A stretch of 64,000 nucleotides of DNA from a virus. The notes beneath the pieces were generated by a model. It was not told the DNA's origin, ran no database searches, and was given only the letters and a program-made list of their open reading frames with translations. The stretch's first letter is position 1. The number at the start of each line of letters is the position of its first letter. Shown in pieces: positions 19,120-28,905 of the stretch. The DNA lies in IMG/VR virus record IMGVR_UViG_3300042549_002989, positions 5,195-69,194 of that record; one strand, written 5' to 3'. Made by a program: the position numbers and the translations under genes.

Positions 19120-20720
19120 TGGGAGTATCACCCCCTTCCCGTGACCCCTTTCTTACCGATGCGGAAGCGCAACGCATAGTAAATGAAGAACGGTCAAGAC
19201 TTCTCCAAAGATCAATGGGACAGTCATTTGCAACAGATCAATTTTTTGGAATTACTGACAATGAACCATTTTATTTAGCACATAGGGATGTAGACAACCC
19301 TAAATTTGCTTGGCCTTCTAAACAATACACAGATATTGAGGGAACAACTCATAGAGTTCAGCGTGGGTACATGCGCAGTTTAATTACTGACCCCAATGTA
19401 GACCCTTATGCAAAAAATCGTAGATTGTTTTTTCAATTTAACCCTACGGTACTTGTTCGTCAAGTACAACAAACTCCAGGAGCAATGCTTCCACTATTGC
19501 AAAGTCCTGAACAATTACTGCAACCAGTTCCAGGTACTGCTACATTTGGGTTTGAATTAATGTTTAACAGAGAACATGAAGTAAACACTGGAGATAATCC
19601 TCCTGATGTATTGCAAGAGACCTTGTTATTACCAAATAATCAAAAAGGATTTGTGTCTGAAGTAGGGGTGCTGGCTGACATTATGGTGCTAGACCTTATT
19701 ACAGGTCAAGGAATTTCACAAGACTTATTGGCTACTTTAGCCAAGCGTCAATCTGAATTTATCCTAAAACAAGACGCTGAGGAACAAAAATACATTGATT
19801 CATTAGTAGGGGAAGAAGGGGAAAAAATTAGAGAGTCATATATCCCTACATATGACGAAAGTGATTCTAATCAAGCAAACCTTGCAGAAATTTTTACAAA
19901 ACAAATAGGAAACTCTGCATTTCTTAACCCGTTACCATTCCGAGTAATGTTTTCTTCATTATTTATGGTTGAAGGAATTGCAACAAGTGTTGATGTAAAA
20001 TTTACAAAATTTAGTCAAAAGATGGTACCTGTGCAATGTACAGTCACTATCAATATGTATGCGTTGTACATTGGTTTTGCAAAAAAGAATACATTTTTGT
20101 ATGACAATCTTGTTCAAGGTGCTATTGATGATAAAACACAACAAGTAAAAGATGAAGAAGTTGCCAACAAATTAAAGGCTGGATTAGATAAAGTTGTCTT
20201 TGATTCTACTACTTTTGGTGGCACCCTTCGCTATGCTAATACAACTGGAAAAAATGCTTTTAAAGTAACTATTAATGCAGACCGCACATCTACTTTTACA
20301 AAACAAATAGAAAAAAAAGAAATTACAGATGTAATACTTCGTGTAAAAATGGAATATGCTTTTACTACAGGAACCTCAACAGAACCTACATTTTTAAAAG
20401 ACAACCATGTTTATTTAATGTATAAAGATAGCGCTGATATTCCATTAGAAAAGGTTACTGAAAAAATTAACGAGGGGTTGAGTGCTCCTGATCTTGTAAA
20501 TTTGCTTCTTACTGAAAGCAAAAAACCAGGTGGAGAACAAAAACAATATTTAAGTTACAGGTATGTTGTAGAAATTGCAGGAAAAGGAGACAATGGTTCA
20601 GTAGTTGCATCTCCGTCACCATTTAACAGTGAAACAAAAAAATTTGCACAGGTGCTAAACCTAGAAGAAGAAAAGTATGAAAGACTTACTGCTAACAATC
20701 CTTTTAAAAACAAAGAGTAA
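19119..20720 (+). CDS. Tube initiator/baseplate hub-associated protein
   Basis: FQFNP and FTKFSQKMVPVQCTV motifs of contractile-system tube initiators. Confidence 0.65.
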   Translation: MGVSPPSRDPFLTDAEAQRIVNEERSRLLQRSMGQSFATDQFFGITDNEPFYLAHRDVDNPKFAWPSKQYTDIEGTTHRVQRGYMRSLITDPNVDPYAKNRRLFFQFNPTVLVRQVQQTPGAMLPLLQSPEQLLQPVPGTATFGFELMFNREHEVNTGDNPPDVLQETLLLPNNQKGFVSEVGVLADIMVLDLITGQGISQDLLATLAKRQSEFILKQDAEEQKYIDSLVGEEGEKIRESYIPTYDESDSNQANLAEIFTKQIGNSAFLNPLPFRVMFSSLFMVEGIATSVDVKFTKFSQKMVPVQCTVTINMYALYIGFAKKNTFLYDNLVQGAIDDKTQQVKDEEVANKLKAGLDKVVFDSTTFGGTLRYANTTGKNAFKVTINADRTSTFTKQIEKKEITDVILRVKMEYAFTTGTSTEPTFLKDNHVYLMYKDSADIPLEKVTEKINEGLSAPDLVNLLLTESKKPGGEQKQYLSYRYVVEIAGKGDNGSVVASPSPFNSETKKFAQVLNLEEEKYERLTANNPFKNKE

Positions 20721-20725
20721 CTATA

Positions 20726-20980
20726 ATGATTCAAGTTCTTTCTAGATACACAATTACTTCAGAAGAGCGTGATGGTAATGTTGCCATTATCGCCGTGCGC
20801 AAATCTGCACCAACTACTAGTTACAGTAGTCACCGTGCTCGTAATGGAGACACCTTTGAAAACCTTGCGGCTCGCTACCTTGGGTCTTCTTTGTTCTATT
20901 GGAAAATTGCAGATTTAAATCCTCAAGTACCTTTTCCAGACTACATTCCAGCAGGAACAAACATCCGTATCCCTAGATGA
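20726..20980 (+). CDS. LysM-like baseplate protein
   Basis: GDTFENLAARYLG...WKIADLNP...IPAGTNIRIP. Confidence 0.85.
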   Translation: MIQVLSRYTITSEERDGNVAIIAVRKSAPTTSYSSHRARNGDTFENLAARYLGSSLFYWKIADLNPQVPFPDYIPAGTNIRIPR

Positions 20981-22137
20981 TTACTACAGGTGCGTCCCCT
21001 CTTGATATTCGCTTTGAGGTTGTAGTCAATGGTATGTACCTTGATTACGCCTCAGTCAAGCGTGTCAACATTGAGTTGCAAGAGAATATGCACAACCTTG
21101 CTGTATTAGAGGTTGGTGGTATACCACCACATAATTTAACTGATTTTATTGACCTTCCTATTTCTATTAAAATTAGTGTTGGACAAATCCGTATGTACGG
21201 TTTTGCTGGGTACATTACATACTTGGAACCAGAGTCAATTAATAAGAATGGTCTTATTGATAAAAGTCCATTTCAACTTACTCGCATCCATTGCCTTGGT
21301 GCGTCCTACCCAATGCGTAGTCGTAAAACAAAGGTATGGAACAATAGAACCCTTGCGCAAATTGCAACTGAGATTGCAAAAGACTACTCATTGACGGTAT
21401 CTGTTCCAAATGATCCTTATGTATTTCCACGCTTGGTTCAATCAGGTAAATCAGACTGGGAACTTCTCACAAATGCCGCTAACTACCTTGGTTATCAAGT
21501 TCTTGTGCGTGGTGTACACATAGATATTTGGGACCCATTTGCTGTTTTTAGTCGTACTGGTTCAATACCTTTATATGCAATGTCTGGTAACAGGGGTCGG
21601 TTAAACGCTTCACCTGGACAAGTTATTAAGTTTCATGGTGTCATTGGGGCTGTAACACCACTGTCCGCACGCACCACTGAAACAGTGCATTCACTGGTTG
21701 GTAACCAAATTGTAACAACAAGTCTAAGCACATCTACTGGATACGGCGAAACTGTGGAGTCTATATTCCAAGATGAGGTTGGGGCAAACGCCCAATCAGT
21801 TGAAATGGCTAATGCTTTACTACAAGGTCGTAGTCGTAAAAAACTTCCTTATATTGCTCATGTAGATGTTGTGGGTGACCCTGTGATACAGCCTGGGATG
21901 GCAGTTAAGATTGATAGGTACAATTCAGCGTTAGATGGTTTATGGATTGTGCAAGCAGTTCGCCATGAAGTCTCTCGTGGAATGGCAATGTCCTACTTAA
22001 CTTTGGCAAAAGACTCCAATGATATTGACTCAATTAATAGCACCGTAAGGGCTGCTGTCATGCCTGAGTTAACAGAACCAGTTCTTAAAAATAACCGTTG
22101 GGTGACAGGTACGGAAATGGTACATGTATATGCATAA
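20977..22137 (+). CDS. Baseplate hub (gp27/late control D-like)
   Basis: QSGKSDWELL, GDPVIQPG and GLWIVQAVRH motifs. Confidence 0.8.
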   Translation: MITTGASPLDIRFEVVVNGMYLDYASVKRVNIELQENMHNLAVLEVGGIPPHNLTDFIDLPISIKISVGQIRMYGFAGYITYLEPESINKNGLIDKSPFQLTRIHCLGASYPMRSRKTKVWNNRTLAQIATEIAKDYSLTVSVPNDPYVFPRLVQSGKSDWELLTNAANYLGYQVLVRGVHIDIWDPFAVFSRTGSIPLYAMSGNRGRLNASPGQVIKFHGVIGAVTPLSARTTETVHSLVGNQIVTTSLSTSTGYGETVESIFQDEVGANAQSVEMANALLQGRSRKKLPYIAHVDVVGDPVIQPGMAVKIDRYNSALDGLWIVQAVRHEVSRGMAMSYLTLAKDSNDIDSINSTVRAAVMPELTEPVLKNNRWVTGTEMVHVYA

Positions 22138-22149
22138 AGGAATTATCTA

Positions 22150-22560
22150 ATGAAATCTATCTCTATACCTTTTCGCTTTGAGAATGGAAAAATAGCCGAT
22201 ACTACAGATCTTGGTACTATTGCTCGCCAACGCATTGGGGATGTTTTGGCTACTAGAGGGTATGAACGAGTCATGCAACCTGGATATGGTGCTGGTATCA
22301 GTGAACTTTTGTTTGAACCCCTTGACCCACTTGTGTTTGCTGATTACAAGGTAGATGCTTTGAGTGCTATCAACGATAATGTTAGTGTTGCTACTATTAA
22401 TGATATGCGTGTTCAAGCAGGCGATTCTTTACAGTACAATGATGAGGGGCAATCTACATTAAAGGTTTCTGTTGTGTATTCTGTTCCAAACTTAGGAACG
22501 GCTACTTACACAGTAACTGTAAACACAAATAAGATCTTGACAGAGGAAAGCGCTTTTTAA
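22150..22560 (+). CDS. Baseplate wedge gp25/GPW-like protein
   Basis: ISIPF, TRGYERVMQPGYG and LLFEP motifs. Confidence 0.85.
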   Translation: MKSISIPFRFENGKIADTTDLGTIARQRIGDVLATRGYERVMQPGYGAGISELLFEPLDPLVFADYKVDALSAINDNVSVATINDMRVQAGDSLQYNDEGQSTLKVSVVYSVPNLGTATYTVTVNTNKILTEESAF

Positions 22561-22562
22561 TC

Positions 22563-24134
22563 ATGGCTACATTTGACTACACCAGCAGAGACTATCTGTC
22601 TATCCGACAGGACTTGCTTAACCGTGCGGCTAAGACCATCCCAGAGTGGAATGGCACAGACACCTCAGAGTTTGCCAACATGTTTGTTGACTTGTGGGCG
22701 TATATGGGAGATGTTTTGCACTTTTATGTAGACCGTGCCGCTGGTGAAACTTTTTTAGATACAGCCACACAGCGCTCGTCTGTTTTAGCCATTGCTAACT
22801 TGTTGGATTATATCCCAGCATCTCCTCGTGCGGCCCGTGGTCTTGTGACTATCCAACTAAACTCATTACCCTCTGGTGAAACAAGTTATGTAGTTCCTCA
22901 GTACACAACATTTAAAGGTTTTGATGCAGATAATAATTCATATGATTACTATTTGTTAAATGATTCTCCTGCTCTTGATCTAACAACAACGACACAATCA
23001 ACAGGTACAGTCGTTCAAGGAACCTTAGTGTTTAATGAAGTGGTTGGGACAAGCGCAGGATTTACAAATCAAAACTTTACATTGTTTAATTCAAGTGTAG
23101 ATATTGACAGTATTACAGTCCTTGTATATGAGGGACCACTAAGTAGTGGCGCTCCTACCGCAGTTGAATATCAATATGTTGCCCAATTGTCTAATGCAAC
23201 TTACACAGATAAAGTATTTACTGCTCGTACAACATCTAGTGGTTATACACAACTTATTTTTGGTAATGGTTTTAATGGAACTGTGCCTACAACTAACGCA
23301 AGTATTACAGCATCGTATCGTACTACTGTTGGTTCATTAGGAAACATACCCGCCAACGGTATTAAATTAGTGGCATCATCTCCACAGTCAACGCATATTA
23401 GTGTTGTGTCATCTGGAACTATGGGTGGTGGAGCAAACACTGAATCTATTGATTCTATTAAGAGTAATGTGTCCCGCTTGTACCGTACACAAGATAGAGC
23501 AGTATCTCTTCAAGATTACAAAGACCTTACTCTCCAAATACCTGGAGTTAGCAAAGCCACTGCTACATACAGCGACCCAACAGTAACTCTGTACCCAGTT
23601 CCTTACCAAAGCACTTATCCACCTGCACCCATTACTTCTGGTACACAAAAGGTTGTGATTGAAATACCTACATCAATGGTTGAATCTATTGAAAGTTATT
23701 TTTCTACACGATCAATGCTAGGAGTAACAGCAAGTGTTGTTAATCCTGCTAACCATGGGTCTATTGATAAGTACATTGAGTGCACACCTATTTATGTAGG
23801 TATTCAAGTATATGTAAAAAGTACATATGTACAAAGTTGGGTACAAGCACAAGTAAACATTGCTATTCGTGCACTTTTATCATTTGACAAAGTATCGTTT
23901 GGACAAATTGTTACGGTTGGTGAGGTCTACCGAGCGGCTCTTTCAGTAGAGGGTGTTGATTATGTTATATTGACAAACTTAAGCACTACTTATGATGCAA
24001 CACCAGCAACAGTAAGCACTGTGGCAAATGTGTCCGTAGCGTCAACAAAGTTGCCATGCTTTACTGACCTTATGACATCTGCACCAACGGCAGTGAACTT
24101 TGATATGGTCGGTGGATTGACTGGTAGTAACTAA
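22563..24134 (+). CDS. Baseplate J / gp6-like wedge protein
   Basis: DYTSRDY, FLDTA, FGNG and RAVSLQDY motifs. Confidence 0.9.
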   Translation: MATFDYTSRDYLSIRQDLLNRAAKTIPEWNGTDTSEFANMFVDLWAYMGDVLHFYVDRAAGETFLDTATQRSSVLAIANLLDYIPASPRAARGLVTIQLNSLPSGETSYVVPQYTTFKGFDADNNSYDYYLLNDSPALDLTTTTQSTGTVVQGTLVFNEVVGTSAGFTNQNFTLFNSSVDIDSITVLVYEGPLSSGAPTAVEYQYVAQLSNATYTDKVFTARTTSSGYTQLIFGNGFNGTVPTTNASITASYRTTVGSLGNIPANGIKLVASSPQSTHISVVSSGTMGGGANTESIDSIKSNVSRLYRTQDRAVSLQDYKDLTLQIPGVSKATATYSDPTVTLYPVPYQSTYPPAPITSGTQKVVIEIPTSMVESIESYFSTRSMLGVTASVVNPANHGSIDKYIECTPIYVGIQVYVKSTYVQSWVQAQVNIAIRALLSFDKVSFGQIVTVGEVYRAALSVEGVDYVILTNLSTTYDATPATVSTVANVSVASTKLPCFTDLMTSAPTAVNFDMVGGLTGSN

Positions 24135-25927
24135 TGGCTTTAGTTTCCTTTACAGTTCGTAATACTATTGCTAATGGTGGCTCGGCTCTTCGCCGTACCA
24201 ATGTCACACAAAACTCAGGAACACCTGGTGGGTCTGGCACAGCCGTATATGACAGTGCTCTTCGTGCTGACGGATATTTTCCTCCTGCACCCCAGGCTTA
24301 TCTTCAGTCTAGTTTTTCCGCAAATATTTATGTGCGTGGAGAAATTGAATTGCAATGGGAACTAGAAACTGCTTTAGTAAGTATTGTTTCTGGATCAGAT
24401 TTTGAACCTGTTGAATTACTAATCCGTGCGTCTGAAGATGGTGAACCAGTAACCCCAGCAGATGGATTTGAAATAGTGCGCCTAACGGCTGACTCAGACC
24501 CGTACTTTGAGTCGTACATAGATGTGGCTGGACCATCACGCCCCTATATCGCAGAGGGCAAGTGGGCTTACTATTCTTTGTTTATTAAGTATGCCAATAA
24601 CACTGGTGATTCTTATTACGAAAATTTGGCTGACTTGTCTGTACAAACTCCTATTAACTTTGGGTCTACAGAAGAATTATGGAAACATATTCCTGAGTAT
24701 TACCGACAAACAGATGAAGAGTACATGCTTGCAACAGAGAACTACTCATATGACAACGGCCCTTTGTATCGTTTCATAGAACTTTTTGGTTGGGAACTTG
24801 ACAAAATGCGTACAACTATCTATGACACAATGCGGATTAATGACCCTTCTGTAGTGCATAGTTCAGCAATTGACTCACTGGCTAACCAAACTGGTGTTGA
24901 ATTTAACAAGTCTGCTTTAGGTACTGCCAAACTTCGTGCCATTCTTAATAACATTGGTTATTTGCGCCGTACTAAAGGAACAATTAATAGTATTGAAGCG
25001 TACATTTCAGCAATGTCTGGTTGTGGTGTAACCACCAATACTGCCGTATCACCCATAGAGTTTAATGTGCACCCAATGCGTGTCAACTTGTTTAGTGATC
25101 CATTTTTTGCACAGAGTTCTACTACAACTGACACAACAGGAGTAATTAGAAGAAAGTTTGGCGCATACAATGCCAGTGGTCGTCAATACGGTTGGGGTGT
25201 GTTCTCTAACCAACCCGCTGGGATTGCTACAGGAAACATTATTGATGTAACAGACGGCGTAGTTACAGTTACATTAGCGGCTGGTAGTGGTACAAGTAAT
25301 ATATACATTTACAGCCGTGGTGCATTTACATACAATAATAATTTGACATACTACGCTTCTGCTCAATCTTCACATGACTTTGTTACTCGTTTTACTACTG
25401 CGGCTAATATGCTTTCAATTTTAGAAACAGCATCTGATAGCAGTACCACTGACTTTGTAGCCTTTGATGACTGGAATGATGTAGCAGTTGCTAGTGCATT
25501 CCCTACTTTTTTAAATCCAGGGGATACAACACGAAAAATTACTGCAAGTATTCCTAATACCACAACTGTTTCCCCTACTTCTGTAGTAGGTGTATTTAAA
25601 TTGTCTGTGGCACACCCTGCATCTGGTACTACTACCATTACTTTTTCAAAGCCACTATTTGAGTATAAAAACTCTAGTGGTGTATTCTTTACTGGTAGTG
25701 AACCTATGGGTGGATTTATTCCACGAGCAGGGGTTGCGGGAGATGGTCTATACGACTACCACTGGGGATCAAACGCAGTCAGTTCTCTCAATACAGACTT
25801 TTCATATTACACACTTGATTATCACCGCACTAAAGTAATTACTGACAACATTGTCACAAATTATGTTGCACCAGTTACTTTGGTGTATGGTGTGGACTAC
25901 GAAATCAATTGGGAAGTCCTTGAGTGA
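24134..25927 (+). CDS. Baseplate wedge (gp7/P2 gpI-like) protein
   Basis: IPEYYRQ.D, LYRF and KGTINSIE motifs; follows the J gene. Confidence 0.7.
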   Translation: MALVSFTVRNTIANGGSALRRTNVTQNSGTPGGSGTAVYDSALRADGYFPPAPQAYLQSSFSANIYVRGEIELQWELETALVSIVSGSDFEPVELLIRASEDGEPVTPADGFEIVRLTADSDPYFESYIDVAGPSRPYIAEGKWAYYSLFIKYANNTGDSYYENLADLSVQTPINFGSTEELWKHIPEYYRQTDEEYMLATENYSYDNGPLYRFIELFGWELDKMRTTIYDTMRINDPSVVHSSAIDSLANQTGVEFNKSALGTAKLRAILNNIGYLRRTKGTINSIEAYISAMSGCGVTTNTAVSPIEFNVHPMRVNLFSDPFFAQSSTTTDTTGVIRRKFGAYNASGRQYGWGVFSNQPAGIATGNIIDVTDGVVTVTLAAGSGTSNIYIYSRGAFTYNNNLTYYASAQSSHDFVTRFTTAANMLSILETASDSSTTDFVAFDDWNDVAVASAFPTFLNPGDTTRKITASIPNTTTVSPTSVVGVFKLSVAHPASGTTTITFSKPLFEYKNSSGVFFTGSEPMGGFIPRAGVAGDGLYDYHWGSNAVSSLNTDFSYYTLDYHRTKVITDNIVTNYVAPVTLVYGVDYEINWEVLE

Positions 25928-26178
25928 ATTATCTGATAAGTGCACTAGCCGTATACAAAGTGATGCAGTTTTTAAACATCATGACCCCAAAGGAAGCGAT
26001 GCCTTGGGTTAAGGTTCTTGTAGGAATACTGTTAGGTTACAGTGTGTCCTTCGTCACAAATTTGCCTGATAAGTGGGTATCTGGATTAGTGGTTGCTACA
26101 CTCGCTAGTGCCTGCCACGGTGTCCTACGAATCATTACACTTCATGGAGATTTAGCGGCTCGCAAAACACTTAAATAA
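25924..26178 (+). CDS. Small membrane protein
   Basis: Three hydrophobic segments, GTGA overlap. Confidence 0.6.
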   Translation: MNYLISALAVYKVMQFLNIMTPKEAMPWVKVLVGILLGYSVSFVTNLPDKWVSGLVVATLASACHGVLRIITLHGDLAARKTLK

Positions 26179-26190
26179 CAGGAGCAACAC

Positions 26191-26973
26191 ATGAAGTATG
26201 GCATTCTTGGCAGTGGTACTGCCAACTCAAAGGTAACACAAGACGGTTTAATAGACATTAGGGAAAATGATCCCAAGGCAATTTTTGTTGTTCACGCTCG
26301 CCGTGCACCACAAGGTTCAGTAAGTGATGTATACGATTTTTTAGTAGACAATGAAGTGCCATTTATTGCTGTAACTCGTGTAGATGACAAGGCACCAAAA
26401 GCGCTAGTTAATTGCGCCATTGATGTTGTTACTACAGACGATCCTGCCAAAGAAATCTTGGCACAATGTGACATAGTTTTGTTACTGTGGGACGAAGAAA
26501 ATGAAGAGTCATCTAACCGTCTAGCCACTATGTCACACGATGCAGGAAAAGGAATTAAAGATTTAACTATGGCGCTTACACCAATCATTGTTGAGGGTGC
26601 TGAACCAGTGGAAGAAGTAGTGCCTGTAAAAGTTGGCACTGAGGAAGAGTACGCCATCGTTGGTTTTACTCGTGACGAACTACTGAACATGAACATTGGT
26701 GTTCTTCGCCGTCAGGCTAAATCACTTGGTGTTGAGAATGTTGGTAAGACCAAGCAAGAAATTGTTGACAGCATCTGTGCAATAAGCAATGACAACAGAG
26801 AAGTTGACATTGATACAGACATGTCTGGGGAGTTTGTTGTGGCTACAGATGTGCACAACCCCAGTGATATTGGTAACGGTTTCTTTACATGGCTTGAAAA
26901 TGGTGAAGTACAGTGCCACCCACTCCCACCAATTATGGTCAAGTGGCTTATAGAGGAACTAAAAACCGCTTAG
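26191..26973 (+). CDS. Hypothetical protein with Rossmann-like N-terminus and Rho-N-like helical motif
   Basis: ILGSG start; LLNMNIGVLRRQAKSLGV..GKTKQEIV. Confidence 0.55.
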   Translation: MKYGILGSGTANSKVTQDGLIDIRENDPKAIFVVHARRAPQGSVSDVYDFLVDNEVPFIAVTRVDDKAPKALVNCAIDVVTTDDPAKEILAQCDIVLLLWDEENEESSNRLATMSHDAGKGIKDLTMALTPIIVEGAEPVEEVVPVKVGTEEEYAIVGFTRDELLNMNIGVLRRQAKSLGVENVGKTKQEIVDSICAISNDNREVDIDTDMSGEFVVATDVHNPSDIGNGFFTWLENGEVQCHPLPPIMVKWLIEELKTA

Positions 26974-27411
26974 TTATTTAGTGGAGGCAGTGAGTTGCCA
27001 GCGCCACTTCTTATGCATGTCATCACGACTTGCTAAGAAATCCATAATGCCTTGTTCGCCTGCTTTTTCGGCAGACTTAAAAGCCTTGTTGATTGTTTCA
27101 ATAACACCATCGTTGACTTTCAACAGGGCTTTTGCCATTGCTTTAGGTTCTGGCTTAACCTCTACTGACTCAACAGTGCGAAGGTCAATGAACTTGCTAA
27201 GGGTAAACGGAGCGTATTCATCCAACTTGCGAAGACCTTCTGCAATGGTGTCAAGGCTCCCATAAACATCTTCGTAAATATCAGCAAATAGGTTGTGATA
27301 TTGAGAGAAATCAGGACCTTCAACATTCCAATGATAACCATGTGCCACAAAGTACATTGTGACAACATCGGACATTAGTGTCTTTAGATCATTTGTGAGA
27401 GTGCTCACCAT
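26974..27411 (-). CDS. dps: Dps family ferritin-like DNA protection protein
   Basis: AHGYHWNVEGPDFSQYH.LF...DTIAE ferroxidase signature; HKKWRWQL C-terminus. Confidence 0.92.
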   Translation of the reverse strand: MVSTLTNDLKTLMSDVVTMYFVAHGYHWNVEGPDFSQYHNLFADIYEDVYGSLDTIAEGLRKLDEYAPFTLSKFIDLRTVESVEVKPEPKAMAKALLKVNDGVIETINKAFKSAEKAGEQGIMDFLASRDDMHKKWRWQLTASTK

Positions 27412-27671
27412 TTTTCCTTGTTGGCCCAATAAGCAGCACTCATTTTTCCTTTAGCAATATTTTTTGCATGGCGAGCCTTAAAGGAATCATTTCGTGCAGA
27501 ACCATCAGGAGAACCTTGTACACCCTGTTGACCAAAGCGAATAGTTTTAATCTTGTCGCCTTCTTTGGCAACAACAATATGTGATTTGGTTGGATGGTCA
27601 GGTGTTGCTTTTGGTTTGTTGAAACCCGATACACCTGCACGCTCTAGGCGTGGGTCTTTTTTACTAGCCAT
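27405..27671 (-). CDS. Small basic phage protein
   Basis: 88 aa; IRFGQQG, SFKARH and SAAYWA motifs; overlaps the dps start. Confidence 0.75.
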   Translation of the reverse strand: MASKKDPRLERAGVSGFNKPKATPDHPTKSHIVVAKEGDKIKTIRFGQQGVQGSPDGSARNDSFKARHAKNIAKGKMSAAYWANKEKW

Positions 27672-27838
27672 TACTTTTTGCCTTTCTTAGAAACTGCCAT
27701 ATTGTCCACTAGATTTGGATAAGGACGACCTGCTTTTTTAGCACGGGCTTTTGCTTCTGATTTTTGGTCAGGCGTCAACTTCTTGTCTTTTTTGGATGGG
27801 TCTGGTGTATCCCAGACTTCTTTTTTCTTTGTAGCCAT
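27671..27838 (-). CDS. Small Lys-rich protein (55 aa, not in ORF track)
   Basis: MATKKKEVWDTPDP...AGRPYPNLVDNMAVSKKGKK; TAATG coupling; leaderless -10 TAAAAT 6 nt upstream. Confidence 0.75.
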   Translation of the reverse strand: MATKKKEVWDTPDPSKKDKKLTPDQKSEAKARAKKAGRPYPNLVDNMAVSKKGKK

Positions 27839-27854
27839 AGAATCATTTTACCCT

Positions 27855-27930
27855 ATAAACGACTAATGCTGGAGGCGTTAACCCCCAGCACTAATCTAAG
27901 CAACCAACACAAGGACGACCAAGTATTGAA
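27855..27930 (-). ncRNA. Candidate small antisense RNA (~75 nt)
   Basis: Minus-strand -10 TACACT at 27941-27936; single-stranded UUGGUCGUCCUUGUGUUGGUUG; 15-bp hairpin (27861-27896) whose G-U pairs form only on the minus strand; then GUUUAU. Confidence 0.5.
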
Positions 27931-27979
27931 TTTATAGTGTATCCTCTAAACCCCAACCAATCAACACACGGAGCAACAT

Positions 27980-28480
27980 ATGTCAACAAAATTTGGCGGT
28001 CCTTTCCTAGCCTTTCCCCGATGGGTACTGCCCTACCTTCAGGGAGATTCCACGGCAAAAGCAGTCCTTTTGGAGTTGTTGACTTATATGAAAGCCGAGT
28101 CCCAGAGCACCACCACCTCGTACAAATACATTGCTGATCAGGTGGGGTGTGACCGAAGGACTGTCATTCGTGCTATCGCCCGTCTAGAGGCCACAGGAGT
28201 GCTCATACGGCGTCATAGAGGCACCAATGGTCACAATATGACCAATAGGTTCATAATCAACTTTAACAACCCTGCTGTGCTTTTGGCTGAGGAGGTAGTG
28301 TCACCCATGACACTAGGTGGTGACACCCATGACACTACCCCTAGTGACACCAGTGACACTACCCCTAGTGTCACCCATGACACCCAAATAAGAACTAATA
28401 ACAAGAGTTATAAAAAGAGTAACCATAACAAGAGACCGATTCAGGACTATGAAGACCTAGAGGTGGATAATCGGATATGA
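27980..28480 (+). CDS. Replication initiator with winged HTH (lambda O-like organisation)
   Basis: SYKYIADQVGCDRRTVIRAIARLEATG wHTH; contains iterons; upstream of a DnaC-like gene. Confidence 0.8.
   Translation: MSTKFGGPFLAFPRWVLPYLQGDSTAKAVLLELLTYMKAESQSTTTSYKYIADQVGCDRRTVIRAIARLEATGVLIRRHRGTNGHNMTNRFIINFNNPAVLLAEEVVSPMTLGGDTHDTTPSDTSDTTPSVTHDTQIRTNNKSYKKSNHNKRPIQDYEDLEVDNRI
28298..28435. repeat. Putative replication origin: four 16-bp iterons plus an A-rich tract
   Basis: GTG(T/A)CA-N4-TGACAC at 28298, 28320, 28344 and 28368, followed by A-rich 28386-28435. Confidence 0.8.
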
Positions 28481-28890
28481 AGGCTCGCCCCGAAGATGAT
28501 TGGGGTAAGCCGTTGGGGTCAGACCCCGATGCACCAGCCCCAGTTGCCAAGAAGAAACCCGTCCGTCAAGAAACCTTGACAAGTCTTATTTATTACTTCA
28601 ACGACATTCTCCCACAAGATGTTTGGGGAAACCTTAACTCTCCCGTAAATGCAAAAGCATTGTTGGTTGGATTGCGCAAACTAAAAAATGCTGGGCATAG
28701 TATTGCTGACATCAAGTCAATGATGAATTCATTTGTTGCTGGCTTACAAGTAAAACCATTACCAGTTGGTGTTGCACCATGGCGTGGATTTCTTGCTAAT
28801 CTTGACGCTCTCGCCTCAAAGGTGCAAGCAACCAGTCTTAAGGAGCCTGACACATATGATGACCTCCAACCAGATACACGAATTGTCTAA
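28477..28890 (+). CDS. Hypothetical replication-module protein
   Basis: ATGA-coupled; ends in YDDLQPDTRI, resembling the YEDLEVDNRI end of the initiator. Confidence 0.65.
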   Translation: MKARPEDDWGKPLGSDPDAPAPVAKKKPVRQETLTSLIYYFNDILPQDVWGNLNSPVNAKALLVGLRKLKNAGHSIADIKSMMNSFVAGLQVKPLPVGVAPWRGFLANLDALASKVQATSLKEPDTYDDLQPDTRIV

Positions 28891-28905
28891 CAAGGACTTA
28901 TTGCG

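Noticed and set aside
13611-25927. Extracellular contractile injection system or tailocin
   Set aside because: Portal, scaffold, capsid, terminase and replication genes are contiguous, so this is a phage tail.
28298-28383. Short repeats as a mini-CRISPR array
   Set aside because: Spacers are only 6-8 bp and partly identical, and the repeats lie inside an initiator gene; iterons fit better.
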